Positions 8,149 through 17,099 are shown, counted from the stretch's first letter. The stretch is 19,913 nucleotides of DNA from Promethearchaeota archaeon (GCA_048941015.1 JBHLNZ010000044.1:1-19913), one strand, 5' to 3'. The notes: generated by a model not told the origin, from the sequence alone. A program made the numbers and translations.

Positions 8149-8964
8149 TTAAGATTTTGAAAATCCTCCATGATGGAATTCTATATAATATTTAAGATTC
8201 TTTTTTATACAATATTCATTGATTTCTGACTCTAATAAGTCCCAATACGTAAAATCTTTTCGTAACTCTTGATAAATTGGAAGGAGTTTAGGATAATTAG
8301 TTTTTATTATGTTTATAATTCTTGGTATATTATGGGGTCTAAAATTTAAGTTTTCAAACATAAACAAATCCGTATAATCTATACCCTCATCGATAATAGC
8401 TTTATAATCTGTAATATATGGAAAGAAAGGGGAAATAAACGTGTATGTTTTTATACCACTCTCATGAATTTCTTTTAAAGCTGCCAATCTTTCATATGGT
8501 CTAGATGCTCCTTTTTCTATAAGTTTAGAAAAATCTTCGTCTAAGGTACTAATTGAAAACCCAACTTCAAGATTATTAAACTGTTTGAATAAGTCTATGT
8601 CTCTTGTCGCGAACTTAGATTTAGTTAAAATTGAAATTTCAGCTTCAGTTCCAATTAGACTCTCTAAAATTTTTCTAGTATTTTGATATTTTAATTCTAA
8701 AGGAATATAAGGATCTGTAACTGAACTTAATAAAATTCTTTTCCCATTATATCTCTGTGGTTTTATATTTTTCAAATCAAAAGATTTAATATCTAAAAAC
8801 TGACCCCATTTATCGCCTTTATGCCCTGTAAACCTAATCATAAATTCAGCATAGCAGTAGATACATCCATGTTGGCATCCTACGTAAGGATTAATTACAA
8901 AATCTACTTCAGGAATATTACTCTTAGTAATAATATTTTTAGTTTCCCGAAAATTGATTTTCAT
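8149..8964 (-). CDS. Radical SAM protein, spore photoproduct lyase (SPL)-like family
   Basis: INPYVGCQHGCIYCYA (CxxxCxxC), SSVTDPY, ILTKS, SISTLD..EKGAS..ERL and FISP motifs. Confidence 0.9.
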   Translation of the reverse strand: MKINFRETKNIITKSNIPEVDFVINPYVGCQHGCIYCYAEFMIRFTGHKGDKWGQFLDIKSFDLKNIKPQRYNGKRILLSSVTDPYIPLELKYQNTRKILESLIGTEAEISILTKSKFATRDIDLFKQFNNLEVGFSISTLDEDFSKLIEKGASRPYERLAALKEIHESGIKTYTFISPFFPYITDYKAIIDEGIDYTDLFMFENLNFRPHNIPRIINIIKTNYPKLLPIYQELRKDFTYWDLLESEINEYCIKKNLKYYIEFHHGGFSKS

Positions 8965-9033
8965 ACAATATTAAGCTTAAAGCTTACAAATTAATAAAAA
9001 TAATGAAATCATAAAATAGAGAGAATAGAATTG

Positions 9034-9996
9034 ATGCAAATAAAGATCAGGAACTTTGACAGGAGTGTAGATATTGATGAAATGAGCCAATTTTTATATA
9101 AAGTTCAAAATACTACTGGTTATTTAGAAGAAGATACAACATTGGAATCTATTAGAGAAGAGTTAGAGGATGCAAGGAGTAATTATAAATTTATTTTGTT
9201 TGAAGCATATGAAAATAATCAATTGATTGGATTACTCCTATTATTTACTAATACACCAAAATTCGGGTTAATTTGGGACTGGCATCCCTTTGTTTTACCA
9301 AATAGAAATGAAGAAGAAAATTCAAAACAGCTTATAAAAAAATGTATTGAATATTCTAAAGGTATTGGTATAATTCGAATTGAAGCCTGCTTCGGGATCG
9401 GAAAAGTTAAAGACAAAGAAAGATATCTTAAATATTTCAAATTATATGAAAAGTTAGGTTTTTATCATGTAATTGAAGAAGTTGAGATGGAATTAAATTT
9501 AAATGATGAAAATCTTAAAATTGCAAAACTTCCCGAAAATTTTGAAACTAAATCTATAAAAGATGTTGAAATGAATGAGTTATTTAACTGTTCCTTTGAA
9601 ATCATGAATAAAAGTAAAGATAATATGTTTTTAGATCTAACTGAAGAACAAAAATGGGAAGTAATAAAGAACTATTTTGAACCTTCCAAACCAATTATTC
9701 AAGAGGCTTCTATTATACTTATTAAAGATAAGAAAATAATTGGATTTTCAATCACAAAACTCTCAACATTCAACACGGGAAGAGCTACAATCGGACCTTT
9801 CGGAATTTTACCAGATTTTAGAAATAAAGGTTTAGGAGAAACTATTTTACTTTTTTGTTTAAAAAAATTATTAGAAAATAACTTTAAAATTGTAAATTTA
9901 GATGTTGCTATCGAAAATGAACCTGCCTATAAATTGTATTTGAAAGTTGGATTTAAAAAAATATTTTCTACTAACATATTAGCTTTAAATTGCTAA
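9034..9996 (+). CDS. Tandem-domain GNAT acetyltransferase
   Basis: C-terminal domain has GILPDFRNKGLG (acetyl-CoA motif A) and ENEPAYKLYLKVGF. The N-terminal degenerate GNAT ends in LYEKLGF. Confidence 0.9.
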   Translation: MQIKIRNFDRSVDIDEMSQFLYKVQNTTGYLEEDTTLESIREELEDARSNYKFILFEAYENNQLIGLLLLFTNTPKFGLIWDWHPFVLPNRNEEENSKQLIKKCIEYSKGIGIIRIEACFGIGKVKDKERYLKYFKLYEKLGFYHVIEEVEMELNLNDENLKIAKLPENFETKSIKDVEMNELFNCSFEIMNKSKDNMFLDLTEEQKWEVIKNYFEPSKPIIQEASIILIKDKKIIGFSITKLSTFNTGRATIGPFGILPDFRNKGLGETILLFCLKKLLENNFKIVNLDVAIENEPAYKLYLKVGFKKIFSTNILALNC

Positions 9997-10014
9997 TTTT
10001 TGTATTTTCTTTTT
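9997..10014 (+). terminator. Oligo-T tract, candidate archaeal terminator between convergent genes
   Basis: tttttgtattttcttttt directly after the GNAT stop codon. Confidence 0.4.
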
Positions 10015-10593
10015 TCAATCATCATTTAATAGTGCAATTATGGCTGATCGTCCAGCATTACGCGCTTTTGCTAATACCTTAGCATCTTTCTTTACTTCAC
10101 CACGACTAAGTACACCAGGTACGAGAATTTTTTCAAGTAATTCTATATTTAAGTATTCTAAAACATCCTTTAACATCCCAACTGTATGTCTTGCATACTT
10201 AGGATGTTCACCTTCAAATGGTATAACAAGAATAACTTTCTGCTTTCCTTTAAAATTTTGATGTATTGGGTTGTACCATCTGTCTAAAAAGGTTTTAAAT
10301 TGTGCTGTTGGACCCCACCAATAGATTGGTGTACCTAATACCCAAACTTTGTTATGTTCCATCTTTTCGAATAGATTTACCATATCGTCATTCTGTACAC
10401 AATGACCTGTTTTATAACAACTATCGCAAGCTTGGCATGGTTTAATATCCAATTGATTCAAAATTACCTTTTCAACTTGAGCACCAGCTTCTTCTGCTCC
10501 TGTAAGTACCTCGTCCACGAGAACCTCAGTATTTCCACCACGACGAGGACTACCCACTATTCCTAAAACATTAAAATAAGATTTTTTTGCCAA
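10015..10593 (-). CDS. Flavodoxin-fold iron-sulfur flavoprotein (Isf / NADPH-dependent FMN reductase family)
   Basis: GSPRRGGNT FMN loop, CQACDSCYKTGHC (Cx2Cx2Cx5C), GTPIYW and KTFLDR. Confidence 0.92.
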   Translation of the reverse strand: MAKKSYFNVLGIVGSPRRGGNTEVLVDEVLTGAEEAGAQVEKVILNQLDIKPCQACDSCYKTGHCVQNDDMVNLFEKMEHNKVWVLGTPIYWWGPTAQFKTFLDRWYNPIHQNFKGKQKVILVIPFEGEHPKYARHTVGMLKDVLEYLNIELLEKILVPGVLSRGEVKKDAKVLAKARNAGRSAIIALLNDD

Positions 10594-10732
10594 AATTTAT
10601 CAATCTAGAAAAGGTATAATTGATTTTTTTCCTTTTTCTTTTTAAAAAAATTTAATAAATAATCTGTAATTAAAGATTAGCTTTTTGTGTATTAAGATTA
10701 AGAATGAGACAAAAAAAAAAGAAATTAGAAAT

Positions 10733-12436
10733 TTAAATAGCAGATACAGTACATATTATCATTGTCACGATGAAGGCATTTATAAAAGTACTTGCGACTA
10801 TATTTCCTGTTTTTTTATATAGAAAAACGTAGGTAAAGCTCGCTAGTAGCGTAGTAGGTATAGTAATAGGCATGTAGACTCCAAAGTTGAAAAAACTTCC
10901 TAATAAAAAGCTAAAAACCAGGAGAAATGTCGTCATGTAGATAATCTGTACCCCAAAAGTTATAAATACGGATATCAATTGGCCTTTAAATCTATTTTTA
11001 ATGTTATTTTGGATAACTGTTTGATTTAATAAACTGTATACGATAAAGATAAAGAAATTTATAACAAAACAAAGTGGAATGAATATTGCTTTAGTGAGCG
11101 ATGGTAATATAGCAAAATAGTTTAGACCTATTGATAAATAGATGATTATGTATAAAATTCCTGTTAATAATACTCCTAATATAAGTTGGTTGATGAAATT
11201 CTTACTACTCTTAAATGGTCCAACTAAAATTTTTTTCAAAGGATAATCAGCTTTTTTTCCAGTTCTCCATAGTAAGATCAAAATTGCAAACATTTGACCG
11301 AATAGAAGCATTAAAACATTACCGGCTGTGGATAAGGGAAAGATAAGATATATAGGCATGAAAATAAATATACCAGGTAAGCCGAGAATTAGGGAATATG
11401 CAACTGTCCGCAATACTATATTAATTATTGACACATTAGGCAAATCTACTTTTAAAGTTACTTCTTTTTCTCGATCTAGTTTTCTAACTTTCAAGATTAA
11501 GTCGTAAAGAGGATCAATAATTAAGAAAAACAATCCAATACCGCCTATTAATTGAAATACTAAGATAATAGCTCTTAAATTTACATAAAAGTTCTCGTCG
11601 GGCTGTCTTACATCAGGAAAGGTGCTAATCACCCAGTTCCTAGCTTCTCTAATGAAATCCTGATCCCAAGCTAATAATAAATGATTTGTATTATCATCTA
11701 GAAAGATCATTGAAGCATTACCTTCTTGAAAGCATCCATAAAGTTTGTTTACATCAACATCTTCAGAACTTATATTGAGTCTGAATGCCATACCATCTTT
11801 TAGTCTTGATAAAGTAATTGCTTCGTCAAATCGGGCTTGAATCATAAGGATATTAACAAATCGAGTGGAATTGGATTTTATCACATATTCAGGGTGGTAA
11901 TCTTCTGTAGGTAATCCCGTTCCGATTCCAATAAAGCATTTGAAATCGGTATCTTCTGAAATAATTTGATTCCCTGGACCGCCACCCATGGAATAACCAA
12001 TATAACCAAGATTATTTATGTCAATATCGGCTCTAGAATTTAAATAAGCTTTAATTGCTCTGACATCATCAATTAATTCTCCTCGATCAAGTTGCCCAAG
12101 ACTTTGTCCATGACCTCTGAAATCAAATACTACAGCAACGAAGCCTGCAGCAGCTAACTCAATTGCATATCCTTTTAATATCTCTTTATTTGCCATGAAA
12201 CCATGGCCAATTATCACAGCTTTTTTCTTATCGGCGCCATTGTACTTCTGATAAAGATTTTCTTTTGGTTCAAAAACATTAAAAGAAATCGTTACACCAT
12301 CAGTAGTCTGAGTTGTAAGCCTATAAGTGCTTTTTACACTAAAAGGGACTGTGAAGATTAAAACGGTTCCGATTATAAAAACAGAAATAAAAAAGATTAG
12401 TAAAAACATTCTTTTTCTTGTAATGATTCTGTTCAT
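10733..12436 (-). CDS. Membrane-anchored alpha/beta hydrolase with C-terminal multi-TM domain
   Basis: N-terminal TM, HGF oxyanion motif, DFRGHGQS, GYSMG nucleophile elbow, candidate Asp (RFDE) and His (TNH), about 8 C-terminal TM segments. Confidence 0.88.
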   Translation of the reverse strand: MNRIITRKRMFLLIFFISVFIIGTVLIFTVPFSVKSTYRLTTQTTDGVTISFNVFEPKENLYQKYNGADKKKAVIIGHGFMANKEILKGYAIELAAAGFVAVVFDFRGHGQSLGQLDRGELIDDVRAIKAYLNSRADIDINNLGYIGYSMGGGPGNQIISEDTDFKCFIGIGTGLPTEDYHPEYVIKSNSTRFVNILMIQARFDEAITLSRLKDGMAFRLNISSEDVDVNKLYGCFQEGNASMIFLDDNTNHLLLAWDQDFIREARNWVISTFPDVRQPDENFYVNLRAIILVFQLIGGIGLFFLIIDPLYDLILKVRKLDREKEVTLKVDLPNVSIINIVLRTVAYSLILGLPGIFIFMPIYLIFPLSTAGNVLMLLFGQMFAILILLWRTGKKADYPLKKILVGPFKSSKNFINQLILGVLLTGILYIIIYLSIGLNYFAILPSLTKAIFIPLCFVINFFIFIVYSLLNQTVIQNNIKNRFKGQLISVFITFGVQIIYMTTFLLVFSFLLGSFFNFGVYMPITIPTTLLASFTYVFLYKKTGNIVASTFINAFIVTMIICTVSAI

Positions 12437-12502
12437 GATCTATTTCACACAAAAGTTCTTGTTAAAAAATTTAAAAGGTTATATTTTGTTTTGCTCTTTC
12501 CT

Positions 12503-12517
12503 TTTATAAACCTTTAT
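12503..12517 (-). promoter_or_regulatory. Candidate BRE-TATA promoter for the hydrolase gene
   Basis: Minus strand ATAAAGG-TTTATAAA, about 67 nt upstream of ATG 12436. Confidence 0.45.
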
Positions 12518-12531
12518 GTACTCTTTAAATT

Positions 12532-12571
12532 GCAAAGATTTATATATGCATTATTCATATTTTGCATATAT
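12532..12571 (+). promoter_or_regulatory. BRE-TATA promoter of the PadR operon overlapped by an inverted repeat (candidate operator)
   Basis: GCAAAGA-TTTATATA (TATA at 12539-12546). Perfect 9-bp inverted repeat ATATATGCA (12542-12550) N12 TGCATATAT (12563-12571). Confidence 0.6.
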
Positions 12572-12609
12572 TGTCAAATAATTAAAAATGCAAATAATAA
12601 TGAATTATC

Positions 12610-13239
12610 TTGACTGAAAATTATAACTTAAAACATCGTTCTTTTGTCATTTTAGGTTTAATTAATGAAAAAATGCATGAAGGAGGTTGTCATGTATATG
12701 ATATTAATAAAAGGATCGAAGAGAGAGGAATGCGAGACTGGACGAATATAGGTCTTGATTTTTCATTATCTACAATTTATAGAAGGTTAGATAAATTAGA
12801 AAATGATGAATTAGTAGAAAGTTTTGAAGAAGAAATTGATAATAGGATACGAAAAATCTATAAGATCACAGAATATGGCTACAATATTTTAAAGAAAAAA
12901 GTTTATGATGTCTTGTATAATTATTTAGGGAAAAATGATGAGGATTTCTATGTTGCTTTTTCGATGTTTCCAATTCTGAGTCATAAAGAGCAAATCGAAG
13001 TTTTTAGCCATGCGTTAAATATCATAAATAAGCATAGAATGGAATTAAAAGTCATGTTAGATGATATGCTTATAAATTTTCCACAGATGCCCATAAATGT
13101 CACAGGATTATTCTTACACCCTATTAAAATTCTTAAAACTGATGAAGAATTTTTTGAGATGGTACTAAAAAAAATTAAAGAAGTTAAGGGTAAAATTAAT
13201 CCTGCTGACTATAAATCTAAGGAGGTTGAGAAGATTTGA
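12610..13239 (+). CDS. PadR-family winged-helix transcriptional regulator
   Basis: VILGLI...HVYDINKRIEERGMRDW...STIYRRLDKLENDELV...RKIYKITEYG. Long helical C-terminal domain, TTG start. Confidence 0.92.
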   Translation: MTENYNLKHRSFVILGLINEKMHEGGCHVYDINKRIEERGMRDWTNIGLDFSLSTIYRRLDKLENDELVESFEEEIDNRIRKIYKITEYGYNILKKKVYDVLYNYLGKNDEDFYVAFSMFPILSHKEQIEVFSHALNIINKHRMELKVMLDDMLINFPQMPINVTGLFLHPIKILKTDEEFFEMVLKKIKEVKGKINPADYKSKEVEKI

Positions 13240-14363
13240 GTCATATTATTAAGAATTTTGTACATCGGGTTGGATATCATTGCGAATCATCTTCTATGAG
13301 GGATCTTTTTGAGTACTATGGTTTTCCAATGTCAGAACCAATGGCTTTCGGGTTAGATGCTACAATGGGATTTGGATTTTTTGATACTACTAGTAATTTA
13401 TCGTTTATTCCCCAGTCAGATATCCCGTTCTTTTTAGGAGGGAAACAGGGAACAATTGAACCAAATTCATTAGCATGCCGTTTATTAGGAATCACTTTAA
13501 GAAAGCAATCTTTTACAAGTGCAGATAAAGCATGGGAAGAATCAAAAAAGTTGATTAATCAAGATGTTCCATTAATCCTTCAGATTGATTTAGGTTATTT
13601 GCCTTATTTCGAAGGAGAAGGTGAAATTCATTTTGGAGGGCACGCAATTACGTTAGCTGGATATGACGAAGATAAAGGAATTGCTTATATAGGAGATACA
13701 GAATTAAAGGAATTTCAAGTAGTTTCGATAGAACAATTAAAAAAAGGACGCAGTTCTGAACATGGACCTAGCTTCATGCGGCCAAAAAATACACAGTTTT
13801 CTATGGTTAGAAGACAAGATGGAAAACATCCTCCTTTACCTGCAGGAGTTAAACTTGCCATTCAAAAAGTCGTAAATAATATGTTGCGTCCTTCTATGAA
13901 TAACAACGGAATTCAAGGTCTTAAGTTGTTTGCGAAATCAATTTTGGATTGGAGAGAAAAATTAAAAGGTGAAACAAAGGATAGTTCAGGTAGAACTGTC
14001 TCGCGTGCGAGATTGATGTTTGAATTGATACATGGGTATATTGAAACATGGGGAACTGGAGGAGCATCTTTTAGAAACTTATATAAAGAATTTCTTGAAG
14101 AATTGCTTACAATTCAAGAATTTAAAGAAGGACCAAGAGCGTGGAGCAACGAGGAATTCGAAATTGTAGAAGATTGTATTCCTATAATAAGTGAATCAGC
14201 CCAAACTTGGACTTTAATAGCCAAGACACTAGAAAATCTAGCAATAGAGTATAAAAATAATTGCTTGGAATATTTAGACTTAAAAGAATTACATTATAAT
14301 GCAATTATCATCCTTAATAATGAGGAAGAATTGTTTAGTAAGTTATCAAAAATTAAAATTTAA
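13236..14363 (+). CDS. BtrH N-terminal domain / DUF4872 protein (papain-like Cys-His-Asp fold), paralogue 1
   Basis: GYHCES, SEPMAFGL, DLGYLPYF, HFGGHAITLAGYD, IGD and IETWGTGGASFRNLY. SD GGAGGT at 13221-13226 and a TTGA overlap with the PadR stop. Confidence 0.88.
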   Translation: MSHIIKNFVHRVGYHCESSSMRDLFEYYGFPMSEPMAFGLDATMGFGFFDTTSNLSFIPQSDIPFFLGGKQGTIEPNSLACRLLGITLRKQSFTSADKAWEESKKLINQDVPLILQIDLGYLPYFEGEGEIHFGGHAITLAGYDEDKGIAYIGDTELKEFQVVSIEQLKKGRSSEHGPSFMRPKNTQFSMVRRQDGKHPPLPAGVKLAIQKVVNNMLRPSMNNNGIQGLKLFAKSILDWREKLKGETKDSSGRTVSRARLMFELIHGYIETWGTGGASFRNLYKEFLEELLTIQEFKEGPRAWSNEEFEIVEDCIPIISESAQTWTLIAKTLENLAIEYKNNCLEYLDLKELHYNAIIILNNEEELFSKLSKIKI

Positions 14364-14383
14364 AAAAGAAGGTATTTTAAGAA

Positions 14384-15391
14384 GTGAAACGTTGGAAATC
14401 TTTCTTGAAATCAGATCCCGTTGATTGGTTATTAGAAGAAGATAATCCATCAGTTCGATATCTTGCTCTAAAGGATATAGTTAACATTGATGAAAATAGC
14501 AGTGAATTAAGGGAAGCAAAGACAAAAATTATGATGGAAGGAATTATACCTAAAATATTGAGTAAGCAAAAAGATGGAGCATATTGGGTAAATCCTGAAA
14601 ACTTTTATGCATATACCAAATATAAAGGTACTGTATGGACTTTTATAATCTTAGTTGAACTTAACGCTGATAAAAATGATTATAGAATTAAGCAGACATC
14701 GGAATATATTCTTAATAATTCTCAAGATCACCAGAGTGGAGGTTTTAGTGTCTATGGCAACGAGAGAGAGGGGGGATTACATGAGCAAGTTATTCCTTGT
14801 TTGACCGGAAATATGATTTGGGCTTTGATTAGATTTGGATTTCTAGAAGATCCGCGAATTCAACATGCAATTGATTGGATTTTACAGTATCAAAGGCTTG
14901 ATGATAGCATAGAATCAGCACCTAAAGGATGGCCTTATGAAAGACACAAAAATTGTTGGGGAAAACACACATGTCACATGGGAGTGGTGAAAAATTTGAA
15001 AGCTCTAAGTGAAATACCGACAAATAAAAGATCAAGCAGGATTAATAGTTTTATTGAGAAAGCCGTAGAATATATACTTAAACATAGAATTTATAAAAAA
15101 AGTCATGAAAAAAGTGTTATAGCTAAGCAGGAATGGACACAATTTGGTTTTCCATTGATGTGGAAGATTGATGCTTTAGAAGTCTTAAACATTTTAACAA
15201 ATTTGGGATATAAAGATGATAGAATGCAGGAAGCCATCGATTTAGTATTATCAAAGCAAAATGAACAGGGTAGATGGATTCTAGAAAAAACCTTCAATGG
15301 AAGGATGCAAGTAAATATAGAACAGAAAGGAAAAGAAAGCAAATGGATTACTTTAAATGCACTAAGAGCAATAAAAAGATTTTATGAATGA
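14384..15391 (+). CDS. Prenyltransferase/squalene-oxidase-repeat (QW-repeat alpha-toroid) protein of unknown function
   Basis: QKDGAYW, QSGGF and KQNEQGRW repeats. Also YxKYKGTVW, PCLTGNM, CHMG, FGFPLMWKIDALEVL and SKWITLNAL. GTG start with GAAGGT upstream. Confidence 0.8.
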   Translation: MKRWKSFLKSDPVDWLLEEDNPSVRYLALKDIVNIDENSSELREAKTKIMMEGIIPKILSKQKDGAYWVNPENFYAYTKYKGTVWTFIILVELNADKNDYRIKQTSEYILNNSQDHQSGGFSVYGNEREGGLHEQVIPCLTGNMIWALIRFGFLEDPRIQHAIDWILQYQRLDDSIESAPKGWPYERHKNCWGKHTCHMGVVKNLKALSEIPTNKRSSRINSFIEKAVEYILKHRIYKKSHEKSVIAKQEWTQFGFPLMWKIDALEVLNILTNLGYKDDRMQEAIDLVLSKQNEQGRWILEKTFNGRMQVNIEQKGKESKWITLNALRAIKRFYE

Positions 15392-15469
15392 AAGATTAAA
15401 AAAAAATGCATTTTGAAACAAAATATTATTTTATAAATTATTAAAAATAGAAATATAAGCTGAAAAATT

Positions 15470-15910
15470 ATGATTGATAATAATTTAGCAGCACCCTGTG
15501 GTATATACTGTGGTGCATGTAGACAATATCTTCTCTGGAAAAAAGATTTATTAGAGGAGAGAGGGTATAAATTGGGTTGTAGGGGATGTAGAATTAGGAA
15601 TAAGAATTGTGCATTCATAAGAAGAGATTGCCCTTATTTAAAAAAAAAAAAATTAGAATATTGTTATGAATGTCAGTCATTCCCATGTGATAAATTAGAA
15701 ACACTAGATAATATATATCAAGAAAGATATTCTGTGAATTTGATTGCAAATCTAGAAAGAATTAAAGAAATTGGTGTTGAGAATTGGCTCATGGAACAAA
15801 AAGAATTTTATACTTGCCCGAATTGTGGAGGGGAAATTTGCATTCATGATACTGAATGTTATGATTGTGGAATAAAGATCAATCCGAACAAAAGTTTTGG
15901 AGGAAAATAA
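15470..15910 (+). CDS. DUF3795-family cysteine-rich protein
   Basis: APCGIYCGAC...CRGC...C...C...YCYECQSFPC...NLERIKEIG, plus a C-terminal CPNCGG-x2-CIH-x3-CYDCG. 15 Cys in 146 aa. Confidence 0.88.
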   Translation: MIDNNLAAPCGIYCGACRQYLLWKKDLLEERGYKLGCRGCRIRNKNCAFIRRDCPYLKKKKLEYCYECQSFPCDKLETLDNIYQERYSVNLIANLERIKEIGVENWLMEQKEFYTCPNCGGEICIHDTECYDCGIKINPNKSFGGK

Positions 15911-15911
15911 A

Positions 15912-17081
15912 ATGGCAAGAATAATAATAGATGGTTTTAGGCATATGCCTGGTGCAAACTGTCAACTTTCAAGTTTAAGAAAAGTCCTAGCTTATTATGA
16001 TATAGAGATTTCTGAGCCGATGATTTTAGGTTTATGTTCAGGATTAGGATTTTTCTATTTTTATATGAAATATATGCCATTTCCAATGGTTTTGGGAATG
16101 AGTGTGAAAAAGACTGAAATTTTTGAAAGAATTTTACCTATTTTAGGAGGTAGTGTGGAAATTACAGAAACTGCTTCCGCAAAAACAGCACATAATAATA
16201 TAATAAATTTATTACAAAAAGGACAGCCAGCAATAACATTTGTTGATTTTGCATACTTGCCTTTTTTCTTTGCGGAGGGCACTCCGATACCTAATGAAGG
16301 TTCAGGGCACTTTGGAGCCCATACTTTTGTAACTTATGGTATAGATGAAGAGAAAGATGAAGCTCTGATTTCAGATAGATATGCAAATCCACATAAAATG
16401 ACCTATACTCAACTTAAAGCTGCGAGAGGTAGCAAGCATGCTCCTTTTCCTGCAAACAATAAGTTAGTTGAATTAGTGATTCCAAAAAAGTTAAAAGATA
16501 TTAAACAAGCTATTCCATCAGCGATTAAAGCGAATGTAAATTTCATGTTCAATCCCCCTATACGCAATATGGGATTAAAAGGTTTTCAAAAATGGCGAGA
16601 AATGCTTCCTACTTGGGCTTCTGACTTTAATAATAATAATTTGATCTTTGGATTAGTTAGTGTATATATTTATATGGAGACGGGGGGTACAGGAGGTGCC
16701 ATATTTCGCATTTTATATCATGACTTCTTGAATGAGGCGGGAGAACTCTTGAATAATGTTGGACTTCTTAAAGCTGCTGATGTTTATGAAGAAGTTATCC
16801 TTAAGATAAGGGAATTACAACGTGTTTTATTGCCAGATGATTTACCTAATCTAGCTAAATTAAGAGTTCTATTTCAAAAAAGCAATGATATCGTAGAAAA
16901 AGGAGCTAAAGATTATCAAAAACAACTTGTAAAAGTTGATGAAGAAATAGAAAAAGCACAAGAGGGTGCATTAAAAGAAGCTGATGCGTGGAGAGAACGG
17001 ATCCCTGAGATAAACAAAGGTATTCAAGAATGGTGCGAATTAGAAACTAAAGCATGGGATATTATAAAAAAAGCAGTTTAA
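15912..17081 (+). CDS. BtrH N-terminal domain / DUF4872 protein, paralogue 2
   Basis: GANCQL, SEPMILGL, DFAYLPFF, HFGAHTFVTYGID, ISD and METGGTGGAIFRILY. Start is ATG 15912 with SD GGAGG at 15899-15903; the track start at 15897 is too long. Confidence 0.88.
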   Translation: MARIIIDGFRHMPGANCQLSSLRKVLAYYDIEISEPMILGLCSGLGFFYFYMKYMPFPMVLGMSVKKTEIFERILPILGGSVEITETASAKTAHNNIINLLQKGQPAITFVDFAYLPFFFAEGTPIPNEGSGHFGAHTFVTYGIDEEKDEALISDRYANPHKMTYTQLKAARGSKHAPFPANNKLVELVIPKKLKDIKQAIPSAIKANVNFMFNPPIRNMGLKGFQKWREMLPTWASDFNNNNLIFGLVSVYIYMETGGTGGAIFRILYHDFLNEAGELLNNVGLLKAADVYEEVILKIRELQRVLLPDDLPNLAKLRVLFQKSNDIVEKGAKDYQKQLVKVDEEIEKAQEGALKEADAWRERIPEINKGIQEWCELETKAWDIIKKAV

Positions 17082-17099
17082 AAAGGGTATAAAATAAAA

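Noticed and set aside
14384-15391. Squalene-hopene cyclase or nitrogenase NifH label
   Set aside because: Too short and lacks DxDD for a cyclase. It has no P-loop GKGGIGKS or NifH Cys motifs.
15497-15520. Radical SAM CxxxCxxC motif in the 146-aa protein
   Set aside because: The protein is too short for a radical SAM barrel, and the pattern is the normal DUF3795 N-terminus.
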